A stretch of 63,666 bases of DNA, filler included, from Chiloscyllium plagiosum (lineage: Eukaryota), in the NCBI RefSeq assembly GCF_004010195.1. It is 4 parts of one record of this genome, joined end to end, with 100 filler letters (N's around TTAATTAATTAA, not from the genome) between each part and the next. Parts side by side here need not be neighbours in the genome. Positions count along the whole stretch, not along the records: positions 31,551 to 60,733 come from NC_057712.1; 3 more parts are not named here. One strand, 5' to 3'. Positions within the stretch are counted from its first letter, which is position 1; each line of letters starts with the position of its first letter. The notes under the pieces were generated by a model. The model was not told the origin of the DNA and searched no databases. It saw only the letters and a program-made list of their open reading frames with translations. Shown here one piece after another: positions 39,301-50,759 of the stretch. The translations under genes and the position numbers were made by a program.

Positions 39301-39734
39301 AAGGAGAGGTAAGTGAGTTTCAAGTTTGTTGGTCAATGTAGACATAGTGGGCTGAATGGCCTGTTTCTATGCTGTCTGACTCTATACCTCTACAATGTTG
39401 AAGAAGCTCAACACCATCCAGGACAAAGCAGCCCACTTGATTGTCACGTCATCCACAAGCATCCTTTCCCCCCACTACTCAGTAGCAGTAGTAGTCCTAG
39501 CTACAAGATGCCCTGCAGAAATTCACCAAAGATCCTCAGACAGCGCCTTCCAAACCCACAACCACTTCCACCTCGAAGGACAAGGGCAGCAGGAAACATC
39601 ACTACTTGCAGGTTGTCCACCAGGACAATCACCTGGAAAAACATTGCTGTTCCTTCAGTGTCACTGGGTCAAAATCTCAGAACTCCCTGCCTAATGGCAT
39701 AGCTACAGCACTTGGACTGCAACGGTTCAAGAAG

Positions 39735-39960
39735 GTTAAAAATCACCCAACCCCAAGTTATAGTTTAACAGGTTTATTTAGAAGCACTAGCTTTCAGAGC
39801 GTCGCTCCTGTGTCAGGTAGCTAGTTGACAAAGGAGCTACCTGATGAAGGAGCGACGCTCTGAAAGCTCGTGCTTCCAAATAAACCTGTTAAACTATAAC
39901 CTGGGGTTGGGTGATTTTTAACTTTGTCCACCCCAGTCCAACGCCAGCTCCTCCACATCA
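39735..39960 (+). mobile_element. Family B fold-back element with 88-bp arms
   Basis: Arms 39735-39822 and 39835-39922; motif CTGATGAAGGAGCGACGCTCTGAAAGCTC at 39841-39869. Confidence 0.85.
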
Positions 39961-41562
39961 CAGTACAAGAAAGCAGCCCACCTTCTCAAGGGGCATCTAG
40001 GGACGGGCAGTAAATGCTGATGTGACACCCACATCTCACAAATGAATTTTTAAAAATTACACTTTGTATGACATGATTTTATCTGTAACATGAACTGATC
40101 GAGCTTCTGTTTATATTATATAGCGTGTTATCTTTGTTATTAATGGGTGTGCTATTGACTACGTGACACACAATCACTGTCACACCTTAGTGAACACCAG
40201 CTGCATTGTTGTGAAATGGGATTTGCTTACTCTGTGCAGAAGGGGTTTTATTAGCTGCAGTGAAGTCTTCCCATGGCCGTGTCCTCCAGGAACAATTGGA
40301 GACAATTGAAAAATAATTGAAAGTGCAGATGCACTTGATGGGAGAAGACTGAACAACTGAGTGCAATGCGCCTTTGAATCCTCACTGAATCCATAACATC
40401 GCTAATTGAAGCCATTGCCCAGTAAGTAAGGTACTCAAATAACGAGGTTAAATGTCATGACAACGGTCTGTCTCTAAGTGCTCAGCTCCCTCAGCCCAAT
40501 GCAGGAAACATCAGTTGGATACAAAGTCCAATTGATCCCAGCGACCTTAAAGCTAGATCGATGGTGTGCACCCTCCCGGTTTTAAAGGATTTCAAGAGAT
40601 CTCCTTCACATGATCCCAAGCACGCTTTTACTCAGTGCTGTCGACTGACAGGTGTAGCAGGCCTTGCGAAATACAAATGTTGGCCTTAACAGTGAAAGGA
40701 TTGAGACACAGGAAAACATTGAAATGTAGGGTTAGGAGTAGGCCATTCGGCCCTTTGAGCCTGCACCATCCTGGCTGACCGTGCAGTCTCAGTATCCCGT
40801 TCCCACTTTCTCTCCATACCCCCTTGATCCCTTTAGCCATATGGGCCATGTCAAACTCCCTTTGAATACATCGAATGAACTGGCCCCAACAGGGGGAGAA
40901 TTCCACAGATTCACAACTACTCTGAGTGAAGAAAGTCTTCCTCACCTCAGTATCGAATGGCCTACTCTTTATTCTTAGAATAGAATCCCCTACAGTGGGG
41001 AAGCAGGCCATTCGGCCCATCGGGTCCACACCGACCCTCCAAAGACCAGCTTTCCCAAACCCTCCGTCCCTTCCCTATCACGGATTTCTCAATCAGCCTA
41101 TTCTGCAGTTCCGAGGAAGGGTCATCGCTCCCGAAACATTAATTCTGATTTCTCTCCACAGGTGCTGCCAAACCTGCTCAGCTTTTCCAGCAATTTCTGT
41201 TTTGAGGGCATCCACAGTTCTTTCAATATCCACCCTAACCTGCACATCTTTGGACTGTGGGAGGAAACCGGAGCACACCCACGCAGACACAGGGAGAACA
41301 TGCAAACTCCACACAGACAATCGCCCGAGGCTGGAATCGAACCTGGGTCCCTGCTGCTGTGAGGCAGCAGTGCTAACCATTGAGCTACTGCGATACAAGA
41401 TGCTTTCATATCATCTGTAAATGTTGACACTATCTCCTTTATATGGGGGTCTAGATCATTAATATATACCAGGTAAATCAAACAGGGTTGTTAGAACGTC
41501 CATAGGTATTTCACAGGAATTGGTTCAACTCAGTTGGCTGGATTGTTGGTTTCTATCTTCGA

Positions 41563-41735
41563 GGAGAAAGTGAGGACTGCAGACGCTGGAGATCAGAGCT
41601 GAAAATGTGTTGCTGGAAAAGCGCAGCAGGTCAGGCAGCATCCAAGGAGCAGGAGAATCGACGTTTCGGGCATGAGCCCTTCTTCAGGAATGAGGAAAGT
41701 GTGTCCAGCAGGCTAAGATAAAAGGTAGAGAGGAT
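41563..41735 (-). mobile_element. PLE family A terminal fragment with intact hammerhead core
   Basis: Minus strand CTGAAGAAGGGCTCATGCCCGAAACGTC at 41687-41660; ends CTTTCTCC. Confidence 0.85.
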
Positions 41736-41836
41736 TTACAGAGCAGTGTGATGCTAATAGTGTGGGTTCAATTCCCATCTCTGGTTTAAGGACAAAGGAC
41801 TCTCCTTCTCAATGTCTTTCCTCACCTGAGATCTAG

Positions 41837-41941
41837 TGAAGGAGCAGTGCTTCCAGTTAAACCTGTTGGACTATAACCTGGTGTTGTGTGGTTTTTAATT
41901 TTGTACAACACAGTCCAACACCAGCATCTCCAAATCATGAG
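41837..41941 (+). mobile_element. Family B 3' fragment inserted in a SINE
   Basis: AAACCTGTTGGACTATAACCTGGTGTTGTGTG...; TSD TGAGATCT(A/G)G (41827-41836 / 41942-41951). Confidence 0.7.
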
Positions 41942-42044
41942 TGAGATCTGGCGGCCCTCGAGTTGAATCACCACCAGTCGCTTCTCTCCAATAAGAGAGC
42001 AGCCCCTATGGTCTGGGAAGACTATGGGGACACAGCAACTATCT

Positions 42045-42716
42045 TTTTTTTATTTCAAAAATATACTTTATTCATAAAATTGTTTGGATATCTATACAAT
42101 TGGTCATGCCATTCTTATGCACACGATGCATTTCTTTACAGACAGAGATCGGAATTAATTGTTCGTAAATGCAAGTCTGTACATTGACCATCCAGATATT
42201 CTGCTGAGGTATCAGCAGGGTCCAATTACTGAGTGAGCCCCCTGTTCTTCTTAGGCACGGTGGTCTTTCCCCACCGCGCCTTGGCAGCAGCTGCCCCAAG
42301 CTTCAGTGTGTCCCTCAACACGTAGTCTTGGACCTTGGAATGTGCCAGTCTGTAACACTCAGTCGGGGTCAACTCCTTCAGCTGGAAGATCAGCAGGTTT
42401 CGGACCACCCAGAGAGCGTCCTTCACCGAGTTGATGATCCTCCAGGCCCAGTTGATGTTCGTCTCGGTGTGCGTCCCGGGGGACAGGCCGTAGAGCACGG
42501 AGTCCCGCGTCACGGCGCTGCTCGGGACGAACCTCGACAAACACCACTGCATTCCTCTCCAGACTTCTTCTGCATAGGCACATTCCAGAAGGAGGTGTGT
42601 GACAGTCTCGTCCCCCCCGCAGCCGCTTCGAGGGCAGCGTGCGGTGCGGGAGAGAGTCCGGGCGTGCATAAAGGATCTCACAGGCAGAGCTCTTCTCACC
42701 ACCAGCCAAGCCAAGT
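42045..42716 (-). mobile_element. Tx1/L1-clade LINE, young 5'-truncated insertion
   Basis: Open ORF2 C-terminus with CCHC finger (CPRSGCGGDETVTHLLLEC); AATAAA plus poly(A) tail; perfect 14-bp TSD CACAGCAACTATCT (42031-42044 / 42717-42730); CpGs retained. Confidence 0.9.
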
Positions 42717-43442
42717 CACAGCAACTATCTCAGGTGTGTAAAAATCATGCATTACAAAACAAAACGTAGCAATGAGTTTCCTGGAGACGATAACAAGGCT
42801 GGTTCTACTAGGGTTGTTGTCCTTTTGGATATGTTGTTAAAGTGACATCCCTTTTTATTGCTCTTTTATTTTTATATCCTAAAGACTGAAACCTTCATCT
42901 GAAGTTTTACACAGTAAGAGACTCTGTGAGAACACCCCACCAATGAAATAAAAGAATGAATGAGAACAATGTTGAACTCAATCGTTAAAATGCCAAGAAT
43001 CTGGGACGTGTACACAATACAAACACACCACTCAGCTCCTGTTTCCTTTCTGCTGTTTGGATTGGTGGCTCAGGGCGAGGGGGGGGGGGTGGTGTGGGGT
43101 GTGGGGCGTGTGGGCAAGGGCAGCTCTCTGATTGGTTGAGAGCTGTGACCCCACATTCTGCTCAGACAGGTGACCCAGGAAAAGGCGAGCCTCTGACTCA
43201 GCATCAGCACTTGGGCACTTGCAGGGGGCGGGGGGGCGGGGGGGGTCTGGTGAGATGCAGTCACCAAGGAGGCCTATGCTGCCATACAGTCAATCAGTGA
43301 GTAACGAGCAGGATATTATTCCTGGCTCAGTGGGTGATATATTCACTGCTGAGTCAGAAGGTTGTGAATTCAGGATTTAAGCACGTATGAACGTCTGGAA
43401 CCAGCAGTCACTGACTCTGACGTTACTAAATCAATGGATGAA

Positions 43443-43758
43443 TACGCCTGGAGGAAGAACGCCTCATCTTCCGCCTCAGAACACTTCAACCCCAGGGCAT
43501 CAATGTGGACTTCAACAGTTTCCTCATTTCCCCTTCCCCCACCTCATCCTAGTTCCAAACTTCCAGCTCAGCACTGTCCCCATGAATTGTCCATAGCTTA
43601 TCTCTCCACGCTTCAGGCTCTCTGCCTTTATTCCTGATGAAGGGCTTTTGCCCGAAACGTCGATTTTGCTGCTCCTTGGATGCTGCCTGAACTGCTGCGC
43701 TCTTCCAGCACCACTAATCCAGAATCTGGTTTCCAGCATCTGCAGTCACTGTTTTTAC
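43443..43758 (+). mobile_element. PLE family A 3' end (ORF tail LEEERLIFRL.TLQP.GINVDF plus terminal repeat)
   Basis: Similar to the reverse complement of 4431-4870; contains the hammerhead listed separately. Confidence 0.8.
43628..43666 (+). ncRNA. Minimal type I hammerhead ribozyme motif (family A, best copy)
   Basis: CTGATGA-A-GGGC(TTTT)GCCC-GAAA-CG-TC at 43634-43661: full conserved core, 4-bp stem II, palindromic ACGT in place of stem III, GUC cleavage triplet. Stem I is short and imperfect. Activity not shown. Confidence 0.7.
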
Positions 43759-44374
43759 TAAATTGAAGACCTGTCTACCCTCACGTGTGGTCACATAGGA
43801 GTCCTGTGACACTGTCTGCTTCCTGGTGTGAACACACCCCGTTGTTTGCGAATCATTTTGAAATGTCACGGGTTTTTTGAAGCACTCTCTGTGTCTTTAT
43901 CATCCTTTTATTTGTTACTACCTGGAAGGACGAGCAGGGGTGTATTTATTCCCAATGCCTTCCACCGAGATCGCCAAGTTATGCTCCTTGCTGTTTGTGG
44001 GATCTCCCTGTGCACGGACTGTGTATTTTGAAACCCCTTGTGAAACGTTTCGGGATATCCCAGGGCTGCAGAAGCTGCAGTGCATGCTCAAGTCAATCGT
44101 AAAACAATCAGTTCTGTGGGAACCTAGAAGAGAGGCCATTCGGCCTTCCAGACCTGTTCCATAAGTGCAGGGCATCTTGGCTGAGCCATCCCTCAACTCC
44201 ACATTATCCTCCTGGTTCTGTCACTCTTGCCCAATGCAAGTGCACTCAACATAGTGATGGAAGATTTTAATTGACACCCCCAAATCTCAAGATGGGAGAT
44301 GAGGGTGGCAGATTATTTATATCCTGTAGACTTCTCTCTGGCTGTCCTGAGAGATGGGGCAACAGCAAGGGTTC

Positions 44375-45375
44375 GAGTCACAGGGTCATATAGCACGGAA
44401 ACAGACCCTTCGGTCCAACCAGTCCATCCTGACCATAATCTCAAACTAAACTTGTCCCACCTGCCTGCACTTGGCCCACATCCCTCCAAAATTTCTTATA
44501 CATGTACTGATCTAAATGTCTTTAAAATGTTATAACTGTACCCGCATCCATCACTTCTCTTTATTTCACCCACGACCCACACTGTCTGAAAAAAATTGCC
44601 CCTCAGGTCCTTTTTAAATCTTTCTCATCTCAACTTAAAAATAGACCCCCTCGTCTTAAACTTCCCCATCTTATCTGTGCCCCCTCATGATTTTATAAGT
44701 CTCCATAAGGTCACCCTCAACCTCCTCTGCACCAGGGAAAAATGTCCCAGCCTACCCTGCCTCTTCCTATAACTCAAACCCTTCATTCCCGGTAACATCC
44801 AAGTAAACCTTTTCTGAACCCTCTCCAGTTTAACGACATCCTTCCTGTAACAGGGCAGCCAGAACTGCATGCAGTGCTCCAGAAGAGGCCTCACCAGTGT
44901 TCTGTACAACCTCAACATGATGTCCCAACTCCTATACTCAATGACCTGAACAATGAAGGCAAATGTGCTAAACAACTTCTTAACCACCCTGTCTATCTGT
45001 GATGTGTAATTCAAAGAATTATGTACCTGAACACCTAGGTCTCTCTGTTCTACAGCACTATCCAGGGTCCTGTCCCTGTTAGCTTTACCAATATACAACA
45101 CCAAATTATTGGCTGAGCTGATCAAGCTCCTGGTGTACTCTGAGATATCCTTCTTCACTGGGCACTAATTCTGGTGTCATCCACAACCTCACTAACCATG
45201 CTTCCTATATACTCATCCAAATTGTTAATATAAAGGACAGGCAACAGTGGACCCAGCACCGATCCCTGTGGCACACCGCTGGTCATAGGCCTCCAGTCTG
45301 AAAAACAACCCTCCACTATCACCCTCTGTCTCCCACCATCCAGCCAATTTGGTATCCCATTGGCTAGCTCTCCCA
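44375..45375 (-). mobile_element. CR1 LINE, RT region to 3' end
   Basis: ORFs 45155..45376 and 44685..45158 (GVPQGSVLGPLL, LVRPLLEHCMQFW). Confidence 0.9.
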
Positions 45376-45549
45376 AATAACCCCAAACAGACCCCGAGCA
45401 AGACAGGAGGACAGAACTGCCAAGCCACTAACCCACTGGACTTTCTTTTTAATGAGGGGGGTCATTGCTCCTGAGAAAACAAACACGCAGAAAGCTTTTG
45501 ATTAGAAGCACTTTGCATGAATAAACTAGAAATATGGAAACTGAGTTCT

Positions 45550-45915
45550 AGAGGTTCATAAAATCATGAGGGTTATGGGTGGGGTAAATAGACAATGTCT
45601 TTTCCCTGAGGTGAGGGAGTCCAGAACTGAAGGGCATAGGTTTAGAGTGAGAGGGGAACAATTTAAAAGGGACATAGAGGTAACATTTTCATGCAGAGGG
45701 TGGTGTGGGTATGGAATGCGCTGCCAGAGGAAGTGGTGGCGGTTCGTACAATTAGAATATTTAAAAGGCATCTGGATGGGTATATGAATAGGAAGGGTTT
45801 GGAGGGATATGGACCAAGTGCTAGCAAATGGGACGAGATTGGGTTGGGATATCTGGTCGGCATAACAAGTTGGATCGAAGGATTTGTTTCAGTTCGGTAC
45901 ATCTCTGTGACTCTA
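45550..45915 (+). mobile_element. CR1 LINE 3' fragment
   Basis: ORF 45691..45942 QRVVWVWNALPEEVV...FKRHLDGYM. Confidence 0.85.
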
Positions 45916-46029
45916 CGATCGACTGTTCCTGGATGTGAATGAGAACACCGATGAGACGAAAACATGATCGCAGATCCTTTGATTAGGGGTAAAACCCCTC
46001 TTGTTTGTTTCTTTTACTGGAGTCTCGGT

Positions 46030-47918
46030 GCAGTCAAAGTGGGCCCCAGCTCACGGTGGGTGTAGGAGAGTAAAGGTGGGCCCAGCTCACGGTGGGTGTA
46101 GGACAGTCAAGGTGGGCCCCAGCTCACGGTGGGTGTAGGAGAGTAAAGGTGGCCCAGCTCATGGTGGGTGTAGGACAGTCAAGGTGGGCCCCAGCTCACG
46201 GTGGGTGTGGGACAGAAAAGGTGGGCCCCAGCTCATGGTGGGTGTAGGACAGTCAAGGTGGGACCCATTTCGCAGTGGGTGTAGGACAGTCTAGTTGGGA
46301 CCCAGCTCACAGTGGGTGTAGGACAGTCAAGGTGGGCCCCAGCTCACAGTGGGTGTAGGACAGTCAAGGTGGGCCCCAGCTAACTGTGGATGTAGGACAG
46401 TCAAGGTGGGCCCCTGCTCACGGTGGGTGTAGGACAGTCAAGTTGGGCCCCAGCTCACTGTGGATGTAGGACAGTCAAGGTGGGGCCCAGCTCACAGTGG
46501 ATATAGGACAGGCAAGGTGGGCCCCTGCTCACGGCGGGTGTAGGACAGTCAAGGTGGTGCCCAGCCCACAGTGGATGTAAGACAGGCAAGGTGGGCCCCA
46601 GCTCACGGTGGGCGTAGGACTGTAAAGGTGGGCCCAGCTCACGGTGGGTGTAGGACAGACAAGGTGGGCCCCAGCTCACGGTGGGTGTAGGACATACAAG
46701 GTGGGCCCCAGCTCACGGTGGGTGTAGGACAGAAAAGGTGGGCCCCAGCTCGTGGTGGGTGTAGGACAGACAAGGGGGGCCCCAGCTCACGGTGGGTGTA
46801 GGACAGAAAAGGTGGGCCCCAGCTCACGGTGGGTGTAGGACAGTCTAGGTGGGCCCCAGCTCACAGTGGGTATAGGACAGTCAAGGTGGGCCCCAGCTCA
46901 CGGTGGGTGTAGGACAGTCAAGGCGGTGCCCAGCTCCCAGTGGATGTAAGACAGGCAAGGTGGGGCCCCAGCTCACGGTGAGTGTAGGACAATCAAGGTG
47001 GGCCCCAGCTCACGGTGGGAGTCGAACAGTCAAGGTGGGCCCCAGCACACTGTGGGTGTAGAACAGTCAAGGTGGGCCCCAGCTGACGGTGGGTGTCGGT
47101 CAGTCGAGGTGGGCCCCAGCTCACGGTGGGTGTCGGTCAGTCGAGGTGGGCCCCAGCTCACGGTGGGTGTCGGATAGTCAAGGTGGGCCCCAGCTCACGG
47201 TGGATGTAGGACAGTCGAGGTGGGCCCCAGCTCACGGTGGATGTAGGACAGTCGAGGTGGGCCCCAGCACACTGTGGGTGTAGAACAGTCAAGGTGGGCC
47301 CCAGCACACTGTGGGTGTAGAACAGTCAAGGTGGGCCCCAGCTCACGGCGGGTGTCAGACAGTCAAGGTGGGCCCCAGCTCACGGTGGATGTAGGACAGT
47401 CAAGGTGGGCCCCAGCTCACGGTGGATGTAGGACAGTCGAGGTGGGCCCCAGCTCACGGCGGGTGTAGGTGTAGTCAAGGTGGGCCCCAGCTCACGGTGG
47501 GTGTCGGTCAGTCGAGGTGGGCCCCAGCTCACGGTGGGTGTCGGACAGTCGAGGTGGGTCCCAGCTCACGGCGGGTGTATGACAGTCAAGGTGGGCCCCA
47601 GCTCACGGTGGGTGTCGGTCAGTCGAGGTGGGCCCCAGCTCACGGTGGGTGTCGGACAGTCGAGGTGGGTCCCAGCTCACGGCGGGTGTAGGACAGTCAA
47701 GGTGGGCCCCAGCTCACGGTGGGTGTAGGACAGTCGAGGTGGGTCCCAGCTCACGGTGGGTGTCGGACAGTCGAGGTGGGCCCCAGCTCACGGTGGGTGT
47801 CGGACAGTCGAGGTGTGTCCCAGCTCACGGCGGGTGTAGGACAGTCAAGGTGGGGCCCAGCTCACAGTGTGTGTCGGACAGTCGAGGTGGGTCCCAGCTC
47901 ACGGTGGGTGTCGGACAG
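46030..47918. repeat. 37-bp G-rich minisatellite, about 50 copies
   Basis: Consensus GGACAGTCAAGGTGGGCCCCAGCTCACGGTGGGTGTA in head-to-tail array with no spacers. Confidence 0.95.
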
Positions 47919-48242
47919 GCATTGTAGGCCCAATCTCACGGTTGAATTGTGAAATTGTGGGATCAATGGGAATTGGCGACAAAGTGTCCACTGGTTTGAA
48001 TCATATCTGGTGCACAGGAAGATGGTCGTGGTTGTTGCAGGTCAGTCACCTCAGCTCCAAGTCATCGCCGCAGACGTTACTCAGGGTAGTGTCCTAGGCC
48101 CAACCATCTTCAGCTGCTTCATCACCGGCCTTCCGTCTGTCATACGATCAGAAATGGGGATGTTCACTGATGATTGTGCAGTGTTCAGCACCATTCGCGA
48201 TTCCTCAGGCAATGAAGAAGTCTGTGTTCAAATGCTGCAAAA

Positions 48243-48447
48243 ACAGAACTGCTGGAAAAGCTCTGTTGGTCTGGCAGCATCTGCGGAGAGAAATAAGTGT
48301 TAAGGTTTCGGATTGAGTGACCCTTCCTCAGAACCCGAAACGTTAACTTTGATTTCTCCCTACAGGTGCTGCCAGACTTGCTGATCCTTTCCAGCAATTT
48401 CAGTTTTTGTCTCTGATCGACAGCATCCACAGTTCATTCGGTCTTTA
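48243..48447. mobile_element. PLE family C fold-back element
   Basis: Minus motif GTTCTGAGGAAGGGTCACTCAATCCGAAACCTTAAC abutting plus CCGAAACGTTAAC; 16-bp TSD TTCAAATG(C/T)TGCAAAA (48227-48242 / 48448-48463). Confidence 0.8.
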
Positions 48448-49169
48448 TTCAAATGTTGCAAAATCAGGATAATATCAGAGTTGGGGCTGACAAGTTTTCA
48501 TTAACATTAACTCCACACATGTGCCAGGCGATGACTATTTTCAACAAGAGCAAACCTATCCATGTCCCCATGACATTCCATAGCGTTACCATCACTGAAC
48601 TCCCCCCTCTGTGGACATCCTGGGGTGTTACCATTGACCAGGAACTCAACTGGACATAGCCATACAAACATAACGGCTACAAGAGCAGGTCAGAGGCTAA
48701 GAATACTACGGCGAGTAACTCCCCTCCTGACTCCCTGATGCCTGTCCACTATCTCCAAGGCACAAGTCAGGGAGTGTGATGGAATAATCCCCTCTTGCCT
48801 GGATGGGGTCAGCCCCATCAACACTCAAAAAGCTCAATATCATCCAGGACAAAGCAGCCCGCTTGATTGGCACCATTTCCACAAGCATTCTTCACGACTG
48901 TTGCTCGGTAGCAGCAGTGTGTACCATCTACAAGGTGCACTGCAGAAATACACCAACTCCCCTTCGACAGCATCTTCCAAACGCAGCAGATGCAGGGAAC
49001 ACCAGCAGCTGCACCTTCCCCTCCAAGTCACTAACCATCCCGAATTGGAAATTGTCTTAATACTGACTTTCCGTGTTCTAGCCCGTTACAATAAAGAGCA
49101 ACATCCCATTTACCTGGCTAATTGCTTCCTGCCCCTCCGCAGTAACTTTCACTGAGTCATGAAGAAGGA

Positions 49170-50017
49170 TGTCAGAGTCGAAGAGTGTGGTGCTGGAAAT
49201 GCCCAGCGGGTCAGGCAGCATCCGAGGAGCAGGAGAGTCGGCGTTTCGGGCATAAACATAGAAGATAGAACATTACAGCGCAGTACAGGCCCTTCGGCCC
49301 TCGATGTTGCGCCGACCTGTCATACCAATCTGAAGCCCATCTAACCTACACTATTCCATGTACGTCCATATGCCTGTCCAATGACGACTTAAATGTACTT
49401 AAAGTTGGCGAGTCTAACATCGTTGTAGGCAAAGCATTCCATACCCTTACAACTCTCTGAGTGAAGAAACTACCTCTGACATCTGTCCTGTATCTATCAC
49501 CCCTCAATTTAAAGCTATGCCCCCTTGTGTTCACCGTCCCCATACTTGGAAAAAGGCTCTCCCTGTCCACCCTATCTAACCCTCTGATTATCTTGTATGT
49601 CTCTATTAAGTCACCTCTCAACCTTCTTCTCTCTAACGAAAACAGCCTCAAGTCCCTCAGCCTTTCCTCGTAAGACCTTCCCTCCATACCAGGCAACATC
49701 CTCGTGAATCTCCTCTGCACCCTTTCCAAAGCTTCCACCCCTTCTTTATAATGCGGTGACCAGAACTGTACACAATACTCCAAGTGCGGCCGCACCAGAG
49801 CTTTGTACAGCTGTAGCATAACCTCGTGGTTCCGGAACTCGATCCCTCTATTAATCAAAACTAAAACACTGTATGCCTTCTTAACAACCCTGTCAACCTT
49901 CCTTATGCCTGAAACATCGACTCTCCTGCTGCTCGGATGCTGCCTGACGTGCTATGCTTTTCCAGCACCACGCCTTTTGACTCTGATCTCCAGCATCCGC
50001 AGCCCTCCATTGTCTCC
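49170..50017. mobile_element. PLE family A fold-back element with a CR1 fragment (49254-49897, minus) in its centre
   Basis: Arms 49172-49253 and ~49900-50017; 13-bp TSD TCATGAAGAAGGA (49157-49169 / 50018-50030). The inner CR1 has open ORF 49346..49858. Confidence 0.8.
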
Positions 50018-50759
50018 TCATGAAGAAGGACATTGAGATCCCATTGGACAGCAACAATTGCCACTCACTCACTGTTTAAGAAATACCATACACGTTTCTT
50101 CCTCCAATCAAAATGGAGAGCACAATANNNNNNNNNNNNNNNNNNNNNNNNNNNNNNNNNNNNNNNNNNNNNNNNNNNNNNNNNNNNNNNNNNNNNNNNN
50201 NNNNNNNNNNNNNNNNNNNNNNNNNNNNNNNNNNNNNNNNNNNNNNNNNNNNNNNNNNNNNNNNNNNNNNNNNNNNNNNNNNNNNNNNNNNNNNNNNNNN
50301 NNNNNNNNNNNNNNNNNNNNNNNNNNNNNNNNNNNNNNNNNNNNNNNNNNNNNNNNNNNNNNNNNNNNNNNNNNNNNNNNNNNNNNNNNNNNNNNNNNNN
50401 NNNNNNNNNNNNNNNNNNNNNNNNNNNNNNNNNNNNNNNNNNNNNNNNNNNNNNNNNNNNNNNNNNNNNNNNNNNNNNNNNNNNNNNNNNNNNNNNNNNN
50501 NNNNNNNNNNNNNNNNNNNNNNNNNNNNNNNNNNNNNNNNNNNNNNNNNNNNNNNNNNNNNNNNNNNNNNNNNNNNNNNNNNNNNNNNNNNNNNNNNNNN
50601 NNNNNNNNNNNNNNNNNNNNNNNNNNNAGACCTGCACAGCTTTGGACTGTGGGAGGAAACCGGAGCACTCAGAGGAAACCCACGCAGACACGGGGAGAAT
50701 GTGCAAACTGCACACAGTCAGTCGCCCGAGGCTGGAATTGAAACCGGGTCCCTGTTCTA

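Noticed and set aside
46030..47918. CRISPR-like array (37-bp period) and repetitive ORFs
   Set aside because: Units are contiguous with no unique spacers, there are no cas genes and the context is vertebrate. The ORFs are translations of the minisatellite.
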